Shown here: piece after piece, positions 22,677 through 37,474 of the stretch
Layout: every line of letters starts with the position of its first letter
Numbering within the stretch: the first letter of the stretch is position 1
Source of the DNA: Escherichia phage vB_EcoM-Ro111lw
Reading direction: 5' to 3' (one strand)
Sequence record: MH571750.1
DNA length: 64,000 nt
Translations under genes and position numbers: made by a program
The notes under the pieces: generated by a model
Seen by the model: only the letters and a program-made list of their open reading frames with translations
What the model was told of the DNA's origin: nothing
Databases searched by the model: none

Positions 22677-23783
22677 ATGTTGACTAATTCTGAAAAAAGC
22701 AGATTTTTCCTTGCTGACCTGACTGGTGAAGTCCAGTCTATCCCAAATACTTATGGGTATATTTCCAACTTAGGTCTGTTCCGTTCAGCACCAATCACCC
22801 AAACTACTTTCCTTATGGACTTGACTGATTGGGATGTTAGCTTGCTTGATGCGGTAGACCGTGATAGCCGTAAAGCAGAGACTAGCGCACCTGAGCGTGT
22901 TCGTCAAATCAGCTTCCCAATGATGTACTTCAAAGAAGTTGAAAGCATTACTCCTGATGAAATTCAGGGTGTACGTCAGCCAGGCACTGCAAACGAACTG
23001 ACTACTGAAGCTGTAGTACGTGCTAAGAAGCTGATGAAGATTCGTACCAAGTTCGATATTACTCGTGAGTTCCTGTTTATGCAAGCTCTGAAGGGTAAAG
23101 TTGTTGATGCTCGTGGTACTCTGTATGCTGACCTGTACAAGCAGTTCGATGTTGAGAAGAAGACTGTTTACTTCGACCTTGACAACCCTAATGCGGATAT
23201 CGACGCTTCTATTGAAGAACTGCGTATGCACATGGAAGACGAAGCTAAGACTGGCACTGTAATCAACGGTGAAGAAATTCACGTAGTTGTTGACCGTGTG
23301 TTCTTCAGCAAGCTGACTAAACACCCTAAGATTCGTGATGCCTATCTTGCACAGCAGACCCCACTGGCTTGGCAACAGATTACTGGTTCTCTAAGAACTG
23401 GTGGTACTGACGGCGTTCAGGCTCACATGAACACCTTCTACTACGGTGGTGTTAAGTTTGTCCAGTACAACGGTAAGTTCAAAGACAAGCGTGGTAAGGT
23501 TCATACTCTGGTGAGCATTGATGGTGCTGGTGCAGAGGTTGGTGTAGGACACGCTTTCCCTAACGTTTCTATGCTTGGTGAAGCAAACAACATCTTCGAA
23601 GTGGCTTATGGCCCATGTCCTAAGATGGGTTACGCAAATACACTTGGTCAGGAACTGTATGTATTCGAATACGAAAAAGACCGTGACGAAGGTATTGACT
23701 TTGAAGCTCACTCTTACATGCTGCCATACTGTACTCGTCCTCAGTTGCTGGTAGATGTTCGTGCTGACGCTAAAGACGAATAA
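22677..23783 (+). CDS. Major capsid protein (lambda gpE-like family, inferred)
   Basis: 368 aa, follows protease-scaffold and decoration genes as in lambda-type head modules; highly biased codon usage typical of abundant virion proteins. Confidence 0.7.
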   Translation: MLTNSEKSRFFLADLTGEVQSIPNTYGYISNLGLFRSAPITQTTFLMDLTDWDVSLLDAVDRDSRKAETSAPERVRQISFPMMYFKEVESITPDEIQGVRQPGTANELTTEAVVRAKKLMKIRTKFDITREFLFMQALKGKVVDARGTLYADLYKQFDVEKKTVYFDLDNPNADIDASIEELRMHMEDEAKTGTVINGEEIHVVVDRVFFSKLTKHPKIRDAYLAQQTPLAWQQITGSLRTGGTDGVQAHMNTFYYGGVKFVQYNGKFKDKRGKVHTLVSIDGAGAEVGVGHAFPNVSMLGEANNIFEVAYGPCPKMGYANTLGQELYVFEYEKDRDEGIDFEAHSYMLPYCTRPQLLVDVRADAKDE

Positions 23784-23804
23784 TATTCTTAAGGAGGGTT
23801 ATGA

Positions 23805-24254
23805 ATGTGTTATACAGGCGACCCAGCCAATAACCCTCTTGATAGAGTAAGAATCCTCTGCACAGACACCAATAATGATGAAATTCTTATTGAACAGTCT
23901 GTGCTAGAGTGGTTCTATCTAGAATCTGGAAAGGATGAAAAGAAAGCAGCCATCAAAGCTCTTAAATATTTACTCTTTCAAGTAGCCAAGATGGGAGATG
24001 AGAAGGTTGGTGGTGTTTATTTACGTAACTCTTCCAGATTCAAATCTCTGAAAGCTGTTTATGATGACCTTGTTAAAAGCTCTGTTTCAGGACTACCCTA
24101 TGCAGGTGGTATTAATCAGTGTGATATTGACATGCGTCGTCAGAATCCTTGCTCTGTCAAGAAATACACAGAATATGGTGATGCTGCCAGATACGAAGGC
24201 AGAGATTACTGCAACCGTGTTAATGGCGTATTTATTATCGAGCGAGATGAATAA
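23805..24254 (+). CDS. Hypothetical head-tail joining protein (149 aa)
   Basis: ORF track; position between capsid and tail genes. Confidence 0.45.
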   Translation: MCYTGDPANNPLDRVRILCTDTNNDEILIEQSVLEWFYLESGKDEKKAAIKALKYLLFQVAKMGDEKVGGVYLRNSSRFKSLKAVYDDLVKSSVSGLPYAGGINQCDIDMRRQNPCSVKKYTEYGDAARYEGRDYCNRVNGVFIIERDE

Positions 24255-24736
24255 TGGTTAAAAGGGTTATTCACCCCGCTAGAGCAAAATTAGTCGGGGC
24301 TATGAAGAACTTGCAAACGGCTAATGCTCAAGTTGGGTATTTTCAAGAACAAGGTCAACATAGCTCTGGTTTTTCTTATCCTGCTTTAATGTATTTGCAA
24401 GAAGTTATTGGGGTTCCCTCAGCTTCTGGTAAAGTATATCGTAGGTTGTTTGAAATCACTATGATGCTAAACAGACAGACCTTGTTAGAGCAGACTAAGA
24501 AGAATCTATATAAGCAACTTAGCAGTCTCAACACAGACCCTTCAAGTACCCTAGAAGCATTTGCAAAGAATGCTCAAAAGGCAATTAAAAGAGGTTTTGG
24601 TAATTCTGCTATCCTCCCTCCTAACGCACCTTCCACAGTCAAGAAAAAAGGCTTTAATGCACCTCTTGTTGAGACAGGTGACTTAAGGGATAACCTTGCT
24701 TATAAAATTTCTACTAAGAAGGGTATTAAAAAATGA
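24254..24736 (+). CDS. Hypothetical head completion/neck protein (160 aa)
   Basis: ORF track; positional. Confidence 0.45.
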   Translation: MVKRVIHPARAKLVGAMKNLQTANAQVGYFQEQGQHSSGFSYPALMYLQEVIGVPSASGKVYRRLFEITMMLNRQTLLEQTKKNLYKQLSSLNTDPSSTLEAFAKNAQKAIKRGFGNSAILPPNAPSTVKKKGFNAPLVETGDLRDNLAYKISTKKGIKK

Positions 24737-25134
24737 GACTCTTAAACAGACACAGCTTTGTAGTAAAGCGCAAAGCCTCTGAAGATGGTTATTACAATGA
24801 TGATGGTGATTGGGTAGCTTCACAAGATATTGTAGAGGTTAACTGTAAAGGTAATATCCAGCCATATATCAAAGGTTCTGTAAAGAATGGTACACAGATT
24901 GCTTTACCGGAAGGTATCAGACTTACCGATACAAGAATCCTGTATACTACATATAAACTTAGAACTTCAGATGATGTAGAGTGGAATGAGTCTGACATTG
25001 TTATGATTGATGGTCATGAGTATGAAGTATTTATGACTATGGATTGGTCACAGCAATTAGCCCATACGTCCCATTATGAATATATCATTATTAGAAGGGA
25101 TAAAATGAATGCAGTTAGAAACAGCAGAACTTGA
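24733..25134 (+). CDS. Hypothetical neck/tail completion protein (133 aa)
   Basis: ORF track; overlapping stop-start. Confidence 0.45.
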   Translation: MRLLNRHSFVVKRKASEDGYYNDDGDWVASQDIVEVNCKGNIQPYIKGSVKNGTQIALPEGIRLTDTRILYTTYKLRTSDDVEWNESDIVMIDGHEYEVFMTMDWSQQLAHTSHYEYIIIRRDKMNAVRNSRT

Positions 25135-25708
25135 AAAAGGTCTAGTTAGAACCTTAGTGGGTGTTATTGGTCACAGACTAGCTCGTGATAAAAATAATAG
25201 ACCAAATGTAATTAGAGCTTACCCTTCTGATAACTCAAATGACAAAGGTTTAAAACCTGACCAGCCATTTATTACCGTATATTGTCAAGACGCTGCAACA
25301 CCTTATGGTTGGGTTCTTGATAAGTTTGTTGAGGATGATGTAGTTTGCTACAGAATTGCTTTTCAGATTCCAGTATTAATTACGGTAAATGGTAAAGGTG
25401 CTCACAGTATTATGCTTGAGCTTAAACAACGATTAGAGATGAGTTCAGTCAGAGATTTAATTCTTGAAGAGACAGGAGCTACAGTTTTAGACACTGGAGC
25501 TATCCCAAATGACTACACTTATCTTAATACAGATTTCGAAAATTCTGCACCTCTTGTTGTAACTCTTGTAAAAAATTCAGTCCTGAAAGATGAACGTGGA
25601 AGTATTATTGAGCGTGTCATTGTTGATGGTGAATTAGTTTACGAAGAAGGACAAGAGCCACCAGAATATACTATCCATCTAGATGTAGACTCCAAAGGGG
25701 TAAAATAA
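25109..25708 (+). CDS. Hypothetical tail completion protein (199 aa)
   Basis: ORF track; positional. Confidence 0.45.
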   Translation: MQLETAELEKGLVRTLVGVIGHRLARDKNNRPNVIRAYPSDNSNDKGLKPDQPFITVYCQDAATPYGWVLDKFVEDDVVCYRIAFQIPVLITVNGKGAHSIMLELKQRLEMSSVRDLILEETGATVLDTGAIPNDYTYLNTDFENSAPLVVTLVKNSVLKDERGSIIERVIVDGELVYEEGQEPPEYTIHLDVDSKGVK

Positions 25709-27061
25709 ATGTGGAATCCAATTGTTAATGTAGATATTACATTGAACACCGCAGGAACTACAAGAGAAGGTTTTGGGCTGCCACTATTTTTAGCTTCAAC
25801 AGATAACTTTGAAGAAAGAGTCCGTGGTTACACTTCCTTAACTGAAGTTGCTGAAGATTTCGATGAAAATTCTGCTGCATATAAGGCTGCTAAACAACTT
25901 TGGAGTCAGACTCCTAAAGTAACTCAGCTTTATATTGGTAGACGTGCTATGCAGTACACTGTATCAATTCCTGATGAGGTTACTGAGAGCACCGACTATT
26001 CTTTAACTGTAGCTGTGAGCGGTGGAGTTTCTCAGCCATTCCAGTACACTTCACAGTCAGAAGATACTGCTGAGAAGGTGCTACAGCAGCTTAAAACTCA
26101 GATTGAAGCAGAACCTTCTGTAAAAGACCTTGTTACTGTCAATGTAACTGGTGCTGGCGGTTCAGCAACAATGGTAATCACCAAAGCTGGTGTCAACGAC
26201 TTCGTGAAGGTTACTACTACAGCACAAACAGTGTCAATTGCAAGCACAACTGCTGACACAGCATCGACTGCTCTGGCAGCTATTGAAGCGTATTCAACTG
26301 ACTGGTATTTCATTGCAGCAGAAGACAGAACTCAACAGTTTGTCTTAGCAATGGCTTCTGAGATTCAAGCTCGTAAGAAGATTTTCTTTACAGCTAACTC
26401 CGATGTAGCAGCACTGCAAGGTACAGAATTAGCGAGTGCAAATGATGTTCCAGCACAGCTTGCTAAGAATCAGTACACTCGTACAGTTTGCTTGTGGCAT
26501 CACACAGCAGCAGAAGACTATCCAGAAATGGCTTATATTGCTTATGGTGCTCCGTATGATGCAGGTTCAATTGCTTGGGGTAACGCACAGCTAACTGGCG
26601 TAGCTGCTTCTCTACAGCCATCTAATCAGAGACCTCTGACAAGTATTCAGAAGTCAGCTTTAGATGCACGTCACTGTAACTTTATTGACCTTGATGGTGG
26701 TGTTCCAGTGGTTCGTAGAGGGATTACTTCTGGTGGGGAATGGATTGATATCATCCGTGGTGTTGACTGGTTAGAATCAGACCTGAAAACTTCTCTGAGA
26801 GACTTGCTAATTAACCAGAAGGGTGGTAAGATTACTTATGATGATACTGGTATTACCCGTATTCGTCAAGTCATTGAAACCTCTCTGCAAAGAGCAGTCA
26901 ACAGAAACTTCCTGTCATCTTACACAGTTAATGTTCCTAAAGCCTCTCAAGTTGCTTTGGCAGACAAGAAAGCTCGTATCCTGAAAGATGTTACCTTCGC
27001 AGGTATCTTGGCAGGGGCTATCTTGGATGTTGACTTGAAAGGTACAGTGGCTTACGAATAA
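25709..27061 (+). CDS. Putative tail sheath protein (450 aa)
   Basis: Large protein immediately followed by a 148-aa tube-sized protein, two chaperone-sized genes and the tape measure (P2/Mu-type order); positional inference. Confidence 0.5.
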   Translation: MWNPIVNVDITLNTAGTTREGFGLPLFLASTDNFEERVRGYTSLTEVAEDFDENSAAYKAAKQLWSQTPKVTQLYIGRRAMQYTVSIPDEVTESTDYSLTVAVSGGVSQPFQYTSQSEDTAEKVLQQLKTQIEAEPSVKDLVTVNVTGAGGSATMVITKAGVNDFVKVTTTAQTVSIASTTADTASTALAAIEAYSTDWYFIAAEDRTQQFVLAMASEIQARKKIFFTANSDVAALQGTELASANDVPAQLAKNQYTRTVCLWHHTAAEDYPEMAYIAYGAPYDAGSIAWGNAQLTGVAASLQPSNQRPLTSIQKSALDARHCNFIDLDGGVPVVRRGITSGGEWIDIIRGVDWLESDLKTSLRDLLINQKGGKITYDDTGITRIRQVIETSLQRAVNRNFLSSYTVNVPKASQVALADKKARILKDVTFAGILAGAILDVDLKGTVAYE

Positions 27062-27076
27062 TAGAGGTAAATTGGA

Positions 27077-27523
27077 ATGGCTATGTATCAGCAATATTCC
27101 CCTAAAGACGTTGTGTGTAGCTGGAATGGTATTGCCATTGAAGGCTTTGCCCCAGACTCATTCTTACGTCTACAGAGAACATCACCACTTGTGACACCAG
27201 TTGTAGGTGCGGGTGGTCAGGTTGCTCTGACAAGAAATGCAGACAAGACAGGTACTATTGAGATTGAGTTAATGCAGACTTCTCTCTCTAATCAGATGCT
27301 TTCTGCAATTCAAGCTAAACAAGACAATATGGAACTTGAAGAAGATATCTCTTCTAACTTCGTAATCTACGACCCATCAGGCTCTGTTCTGGCAACTGGT
27401 ATTAATGCTTGGTTGCAGGAATTACCACAGATTGAACTTGGTCGTGACCAGAACTCTAAAACTTGGATTTTTGGTTGTGAGAAGCTAGACTACACTTCTA
27501 CAATTCCAGCGTCAAGTGTTTAA
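27077..27523 (+). CDS. Putative tail tube protein (148 aa)
   Basis: Size and position; followed by a strong terminator hairpin. Confidence 0.5.
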   Translation: MAMYQQYSPKDVVCSWNGIAIEGFAPDSFLRLQRTSPLVTPVVGAGGQVALTRNADKTGTIEIELMQTSLSNQMLSAIQAKQDNMELEEDISSNFVIYDPSGSVLATGINAWLQELPQIELGRDQNSKTWIFGCEKLDYTSTIPASSV

Positions 27524-27535
27524 TAAATCCTATAA

Positions 27536-27568
27536 GGGGGAGACTTTAAAAGGTCTTCCCCTTTTTTG
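27536..27568 (+). terminator. Rho-independent terminator (GGGGGAGAC / GTCTTCCCC + TTTTTT)
   Basis: gggggagactttaaaaggtcttccccttttttg read directly. Confidence 0.7.
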
Positions 27569-27596
27569 TTTCTTTTAAAAGTATTAAGGAATCACA

Positions 27597-27995
27597 ATGA
27601 AAACAGAATCTAGAGTAATTAATGGTAAGAAAGTAAATATTGTTCTGCTTGGGGCAAGAGATGGTATTAAGATGTCTATGAAGTTGGGTAAAATTGTTGT
27701 TCCAACCTTTGCACAGATGCTGTCAAGTCTGACTGATAAAGACAAGAAAGAAGCTCCAATGGTTCCATTTAAAGAACTTGTTGAAGCTTGTTTTGACAGA
27801 ATTGAAGAAATTAACCTTGAAGAAATGGCTACCCTGCTGTTTCAAGGGGCAACTGTCGATGACTTCCCACTCAATATTGATACGTACTTCCAAGCAAACT
27901 ACGGTGAGTTTATTGATTACTTAGCATTTGCGCTGGAGGCAAACTTCGGAAGTTTTTTCGAAGCAAGCATTTTCAAAAGCCTAACTTCTCAGTAA
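27597..27995 (+). CDS. Putative tail assembly chaperone (132 aa)
   Basis: Position immediately upstream of tape measure; acidic protein. Confidence 0.45.
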   Translation: MKTESRVINGKKVNIVLLGARDGIKMSMKLGKIVVPTFAQMLSSLTDKDKKEAPMVPFKELVEACFDRIEEINLEEMATLLFQGATVDDFPLNIDTYFQANYGEFIDYLAFALEANFGSFFEASIFKSLTSQ

Positions 27996-27997
27996 AC

Positions 27998-28236
27998 ATG
28001 GGTAACACTCTACAGACACCACTGACTGATGCTGCTGTAGAGGCAACCTATGAAGAAGCAGACGAGATGAAATTTGTGCTTGCTATTTATGGTATGGAAG
28101 GGTGTAAAGAAACACTTGACCAACTCTTTGCTATGACATTCTCTGATTTATTATCATTGAGACAATTTCTTGAGATTCAGAGGTCGTATAAAGAGGAAAT
28201 TGCTTACAACGAACTTAGAAGAGCAGGAAAAATGTA

Positions 28237-28237
<1 letters not shown>
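27998..28237 (+). CDS. Putative tail assembly chaperone, second ORF (79 aa); possible frameshift partner
   Basis: Begins 3 nt after the preceding stop and ends at the tape-measure start. Confidence 0.4.
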
Positions 28238-33621
<5,384 letters not shown>

Positions 33622-33622
<1 letters not shown>

Positions 33623-35091
33623 TGGCAGGATTAACTACAACAGGATTACAAACTCTAAGATATCAGGAAATTTTTGATAATATCAAATCAAGACTTCTTA
33701 GAGATATTTCACCAAACCTTGACGTTTCTGAAGATAGCCAATTAGGTCTCTTCCTAGCTTCAATTGCAAGGTCTTTAGCAGATACACATGAGATTCTATC
33801 AGAAATCTATGACGGCGGGACAATTGACAAGGCTGAAGGATTTAACCTTGATGATATTACAGCTTTGAATGCTGTATACAGATATGTTGCTCAGGCAACA
33901 AGGGGTCAGGTTGAGTTCACTGGAACAACTGGTGCTACCATCTCTTCAACAACAAGATTGAGAAGTACTGCTGGAAATATCTTTTATCCAGTTAACAATA
34001 TTACCCTTACCCCATCATATTGTGTTGAAGCTGTTCTTGAAGTTAACTCTTTACGAACTGATGCAGATTATGTTATTATTATTGATAACGTTATTTTCTC
34101 ATATAAACCAACCTCATCAGACACAATTACCACACTACTAACTAAATTAGCAGAGACTATTAATGGTGGTATTGTAGCAAAAGCAGAAGTTATCAATGAT
34201 GGAGCCTCATTAAGAATCTATAAAGATGAGGGTGATATCATTGCAAGAACAAACCCTATGGTTGTTACTGCGACAACGTTTCTGACATTTACAAAGATTA
34301 CAACTATCTCAGATGTAGTAGCTGAAGAGGTTGGTGCTATTCCTGCTTTAGCTGGGACTCTTATTGAGATTGAAACCACTGTTGATGGCCTTGACAGCAT
34401 CTATAACAGGTATGACTTAACAACTGGTAGAAACGAAGAAACTGACACAGAACTTAGACAGAGGTATTTAGAATCCTTAGCAGTTACTGGTGTAGGGACT
34501 TTGGATGCAATTGTAGCTGCTGTTAAAAGGGTTCAAGGTGTCTCAGATGCTTCAGGTGTTGAAAATGATACTGAAGAGACGAACTCAGAAGGTCTTCCAC
34601 CAAAATCTTTTAAGATTGTCGTAGTCGGTGGTCAAAATGATAATGTTGCTCAAGCAATCTGGGATACAAAACCTGCTGGTATTAGAGCTTACGGCTCGAT
34701 TTTTGGCACAGCCTATGATTTAGGTGGTTTAGCACATAATATTTACTTTAGCAGACCAACACCAAAATACGCATTTGTTAAAGTCTCTTACTCTTTATAT
34801 GACGAAGAGAGCTTGACAATCCCTGAAGAGGATATCAGAGACAGTATTGTACAAGGTATTAATGCCTACGGAAGAACTCTTAAGGTTGGTAATGACGTTA
34901 TCCCTAACAGAATCTACGGATATATCTATGATGTAATTAAAGGTATTGAGATTAACGAGGTTAAAGTAGCCTTATCAAACAGCCAATCAGTTCCACCTAG
35001 TGACGGACAATATACTACAGCAAGAATTACTGTCGACGGTGACCAATATACTGTTTGGGAAAGCAGCCAGTATACCATCACTAAGGAGTAA
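33622..35091 (+). CDS. Putative baseplate J-like protein (489 aa)
   Basis: Positional; size. Confidence 0.5.
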
Positions 35092-35093
35092 CA

Positions 35094-35948
35094 ATGTTTG
35101 AAAAGATTGATAGTGTTTATTATAAAACACTTGATGAAAGAACTGTAACACAGTTTAAAGATAAGTTTATCTATACAAGCATCTTGAAAGCAATCACTGA
35201 TGAGTTACAAACCTTAGAAGATGTTTGCTGGCAAATGCACACAGAGAGGAATATTAGGACGTCAGTAGGCCAACAACTTGATAATATTGGCTCACTGATT
35301 AAAGTTCCTAGACCTTTAGGTGCTGATGATGAAACATATAGAGCTATGCTTTATATCCAAATCTTCCTAAGACGTTCTGACACTACTCCAACATTCTTGC
35401 AAAAAGCAATTATGACATTGTATGGTGCAACTTTCTCTCAGATTTTTGAGCATATTACCCCTAAGACTGGTGGTATCGTTATCCGTGTTAACACCAGAAA
35501 AAGCGTTCTTGATGCTGCATATACACTGTCAAAGATTTCTGCAACAACCACTGGTTCCGCTGTTATCTTAAGAGATGTTACTTTAAATGGGACTGCTTGG
35601 ACACCTGTAGAGGTTGCTGATTCATCACTTGCTATTGTTGATGATAAAGAGAACTGGTTTGTAACTGATGCTAACAGAGGTCTGGTCACAAATAACACTG
35701 GCGGCTCTCTGGAGTCCAACCTAGTAGGGAGTCTTGCAGATGCTGGTGTTATTGATGGTTACTTTAAGGTTGACAGAACAGCAAACCCACAGAGCAATGA
35801 TTATATGACTGTAGATAGGTCTAATAATAGCGGCTATTTCATTGCTGGTAGAGAAGCTATTGCAGGTGGTGCATATGGAATCATGGCTGAGGTTGCACAA
35901 ATTGTCAAAGGCAGAAAAGATAAATCACAACAAGAAGGAAATTCTTAA
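35094..35948 (+). CDS. Putative baseplate/tail fibre attachment protein (284 aa)
   Basis: Positional. Confidence 0.45.
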   Translation: MFEKIDSVYYKTLDERTVTQFKDKFIYTSILKAITDELQTLEDVCWQMHTERNIRTSVGQQLDNIGSLIKVPRPLGADDETYRAMLYIQIFLRRSDTTPTFLQKAIMTLYGATFSQIFEHITPKTGGIVIRVNTRKSVLDAAYTLSKISATTTGSAVILRDVTLNGTAWTPVEVADSSLAIVDDKENWFVTDANRGLVTNNTGGSLESNLVGSLADAGVIDGYFKVDRTANPQSNDYMTVDRSNNSGYFIAGREAIAGGAYGIMAEVAQIVKGRKDKSQQEGNS

Positions 35949-36250
35949 TGGCAGTTTTAAATTGGTCTACAAATGAAGTAGATACTGATGGTAATCAGTT
36001 AAAAGTTTTACCACCACCGGAAGTTCAAGAGACAGGTCTTTTAAAGGGTGAGCCTATGGGTAGACAGTGGTTCAACTATATTATCAACTACCTGCTGAAT
36101 AAAGTAAATGGCACTGTTGGTGAAGTTCGTTCATATGCAACTGAGCAACCAGATTTAGTGGCTAATGGCTGGAACCTCATTAAGTCTGAGACAGGGACTG
36201 CATCAACAAGTACAAGAAACCTTTACACATATGAATATGTAGGAGCTTAA
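35948..36250 (+). CDS. Hypothetical tail protein (100 aa)
   Basis: ORF track. Confidence 0.45.
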   Translation: MAVLNWSTNEVDTDGNQLKVLPPPEVQETGLLKGEPMGRQWFNYIINYLLNKVNGTVGEVRSYATEQPDLVANGWNLIKSETGTASTSTRNLYTYEYVGA

Positions 36251-36252
36251 TA

Positions 36253-37428
36253 ATGGCAGTAGGTGAAATTCAAATTAGTGCCTTGCCACAAGCGGCCTTA
36301 CCAATTGATTTGAGTGATATCTTCCATCTTAAGCAAGGTGTTGAGGATAAAAGATGTACGCTTGAACAGTTGTTAGCACCTCACGCATCTTTGAGGAATA
36401 ACCCTCATGGTGTAACGAAATCGCAAGTAGGTCTTGATAATGTTATTAACTCTCTTCAATTAGTTGCAGCTAATAACTTGTCAGACATTGTAAATGTTGC
36501 TGAGGCAAGAGCAAATCTACAAATTATGTCGTCAGAGGAAGTGAATAGCTTAATTCAGCAACATATTGACGATAAAAGCAACCCACACAACACAACGAAA
36601 GCACAGGTTGGTTTAAGTAATGTTCAGAACTGGACAACATCCAATCTGTACAATGAAGATGCTGATAAGTATGCTACAGCTAGAGCAGTGAATAATCTAT
36701 ATAAAGCTATCCAAGCATCATATCCAGTGGGTACTATTCATCTATCTGTTAACTCTGCTAACCCATCCACTTACTTGCTTTGTGGAGGTACTTGGGAGTT
36801 AGTTTCTAAAGGTAGAGCACTAGTTGGTTATGATACAGATTCTAGACCTGTTGGTTCAACGTTTGGTTCTCAGACTGTAGCATTAACAAATAATAATTTA
36901 CCAGCGCATACTCACTCTATCTATCTAACAGGTGGTGGTCATACACACTCTGCAAGTGTATCTATCTCTAGTTTTGATTATGGTTCAAAAAGTACATCAA
37001 CTTTTGATTACGGTACAAAAACGACTAATAGTGCTGGTGCTCACACTCACACGTTTAGTGGCACAACAAGCAATGCTGGTAACCACAACCATAGAGTCCC
37101 TATGAGGGGTAATGATAGGGGTGGCACAAACGCTATTACTGCATCTGCTGATGCTGGTGTTGGTAATGCTATGTATACTGATTTAGCTGGTGCTCACACC
37201 CATAGCTTCTCAGGTACAACTGCATCATCTGGTGCTCATAGCCATACTGTCGCAATTGGTGCTCACAGCCACACTGTTAATATTGGTTCGCACAGTCATA
37301 CAGGCACTGTTACTGTTTCTAGCTCTGAGCATACACACTCAGGGACATCTGGTTCTGTTGGTGGTGGTCAAGCTTTCAGTGTTGAGCAGCCATCTTTTGT
37401 AGTGTATGTGTGGCAGAGAACAGCTTAA
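36253..37428 (+). CDS. Tail fibre protein with His-rich HxH repeat C-terminal domain (tail-collar-type)
   Basis: C-terminal half carries repeated NLPAHTHS, GAHTHTFSG, GNHNHR, GAHSHTV, GSHSHTG, SEHTHSG motifs; C-terminus homologous to that of 37475..39835. Confidence 0.7.
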   Translation: MAVGEIQISALPQAALPIDLSDIFHLKQGVEDKRCTLEQLLAPHASLRNNPHGVTKSQVGLDNVINSLQLVAANNLSDIVNVAEARANLQIMSSEEVNSLIQQHIDDKSNPHNTTKAQVGLSNVQNWTTSNLYNEDADKYATARAVNNLYKAIQASYPVGTIHLSVNSANPSTYLLCGGTWELVSKGRALVGYDTDSRPVGSTFGSQTVALTNNNLPAHTHSIYLTGGGHTHSASVSISSFDYGSKSTSTFDYGTKTTNSAGAHTHTFSGTTSNAGNHNHRVPMRGNDRGGTNAITASADAGVGNAMYTDLAGAHTHSFSGTTASSGAHSHTVAIGAHSHTVNIGSHSHTGTVTVSSSEHTHSGTSGSVGGGQAFSVEQPSFVVYVWQRTA

Positions 37429-37438
37429 TTTCTTTACA

Positions 37439-37458
37439 GGGGCTTTGTAGCCCCTTTT
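37439..37458 (+). terminator. Terminator hairpin (AGGGGCT / AGCCCC + TTTT)
   Basis: aggggctttgtagccccttttaa. Confidence 0.55.
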
Positions 37459-37474
37459 AAGAGGAAAACTTATA